A DNA stretch of 64,000 nt from Thermodesulfobacteriota bacterium (lineage in GTDB: Bacteria > Desulfobacterota_D > UBA1144). The notes beneath the pieces were generated by a model. That model was not told the DNA's origin. It did no database searches and was given only the letters and a program-made list of their open reading frames with translations. A program made the position numbers and the translations under genes. Shown piece by piece: positions 63,243 to 64,000 of the stretch. The stretch spans positions 1 to 64,000 of the forward strand of contig JAYYZJ010000004.1 of NCBI GenBank assembly GCA_036340075.1, in the 5' to 3' direction. Each line of letters starts with the position of its first letter. The stretch's first letter is position 1.

Positions 63243-63678
63243 TTCAACTATATGCTCAATCGAGGATACAAATAAAATTGCATTAAAAGTTTCGGAAAAA
63301 ATACGAGAAGGAACTATATTGCTTTTAAATGGAGATCTAGGCTCTGGTAAGACTCAATTTGTAAGATTTTTAGGTAATCATTTAGAATCCGTCGATACGA
63401 TTAGTAGTCCTACGTTTCTTATATTGAATATTTATGAATGCAAGGAAAAGCTCAAAATATATCATTTTGATTTTTACCGTGTTAAAGATGTACAGGAGCT
63501 TGAGGATATAGGTTTTTTTGAAATACTAAACGATGAAGAAGGATTGATAGTTGTCGAATGGGCAGAGAGATATCAAGAGGTATTCACAAAATTTAAAAAT
63601 AGGACTATAGATATTTATTTTAATTTTATAAAGGATAATATAGATTGTAGGGAGATTTTAGTTAAAGGTAATTTGTAA
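63235..63678 (+). CDS. tsaE: tRNA t6A biosynthesis ATPase TsaE
   Basis: GDLGSGKT, SSPTF, HFDFYR, VEW; start uncertain. Confidence 0.92.
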   Translation: MYDSTICSIEDTNKIALKVSEKIREGTILLLNGDLGSGKTQFVRFLGNHLESVDTISSPTFLILNIYECKEKLKIYHFDFYRVKDVQELEDIGFFEILNDEEGLIVVEWAERYQEVFTKFKNRTIDIYFNFIKDNIDCREILVKGNL

Positions 63679-64000
63679 ATGGATTTAATTGTTCAAAAGT
63701 ATGGTGGAACTAGTGTAGGAAACATCAAAAAGATAAAAAATGTAGCTAGAAATATCCAAAAATTAAGAAAAAAGAAAAAGTCATTAGTTGTCGTTGTTTC
63801 GGCAATGGCGGGGCAAACCGACAAACTCCATAGTCTGACTAAAGATATATCCAAAATTCCTAACGAAAGAGAATACGATCAAGTAATTTCAACTGGTGAA
63901 AAAGTATCAGCTGGTTTAATAACCATAGCTCTTTTAGAAATTGGCGTTAAAGCCATTTCTCTAGACCCTGCAAAATTTGGATTGATTACAAATAATTTAC
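63679..64000 (+). CDS. lysC: Aspartate kinase, N-terminal part (runs off window end)
   Basis: Not in ORF track; translates MDLIVQKYGGTSVG..VVVVSAMAGQTD..REYDQVISTGE. Confidence 0.93.
   Translation, partial: MDLIVQKYGGTSVGNIKKIKNVARNIQKLRKKKKSLVVVVSAMAGQTDKLHSLTKDISKIPNEREYDQVISTGEKVSAGLITIALLEIGVKAISLDPAKFGLITNNL

Overview
A very AT-rich, gene-dense chromosome segment from a streamlined bacterium, with tiny intergenic gaps and many overlapping stop codons. Gene order looks deltaproteobacteria-like (rpoN-ptsN-hprK-EIIA, ilvB-ilvN-ilvC-psd-pssA, merR-tRNA-Pro-surE, tig-clpP-clpX-lon-tRNA-Val-tRNA-Asp). My tentative, unverified impression is a marine Dadabacteria-type organism. The window holds the 5' end of a 16S rRNA gene divergent from parAB, a stand-alone 5S rRNA gene with its own promoter, six tRNAs without encoded CCA, and about 60 mostly housekeeping CDSs. 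I found no mobile elements, prophage or CRISPR array. The most interesting signals are hidden in ordinary-looking genes. (1) An IlvB keeps its N-terminal catalytic half but has lost its C-terminal ThDP/Mg-binding motifs, suggesting an obligate heteromeric AHAS. (2) A tusA-cysteine synthase-JAB peptidase cluster lacks the ubiquitin-like carrier such systems normally need. (3) The ClpP in the tig-clpP-clpX operon has Asn at the catalytic Asp position. (4) There is an isolated crotonyl-CoA carboxylase/reductase. (5) A reduced PTS-Ntr locus has an unknown protein in the HPr slot. (6) Many genes look leaderless. All family assignments come from motif recognition by eye; no database search was run.
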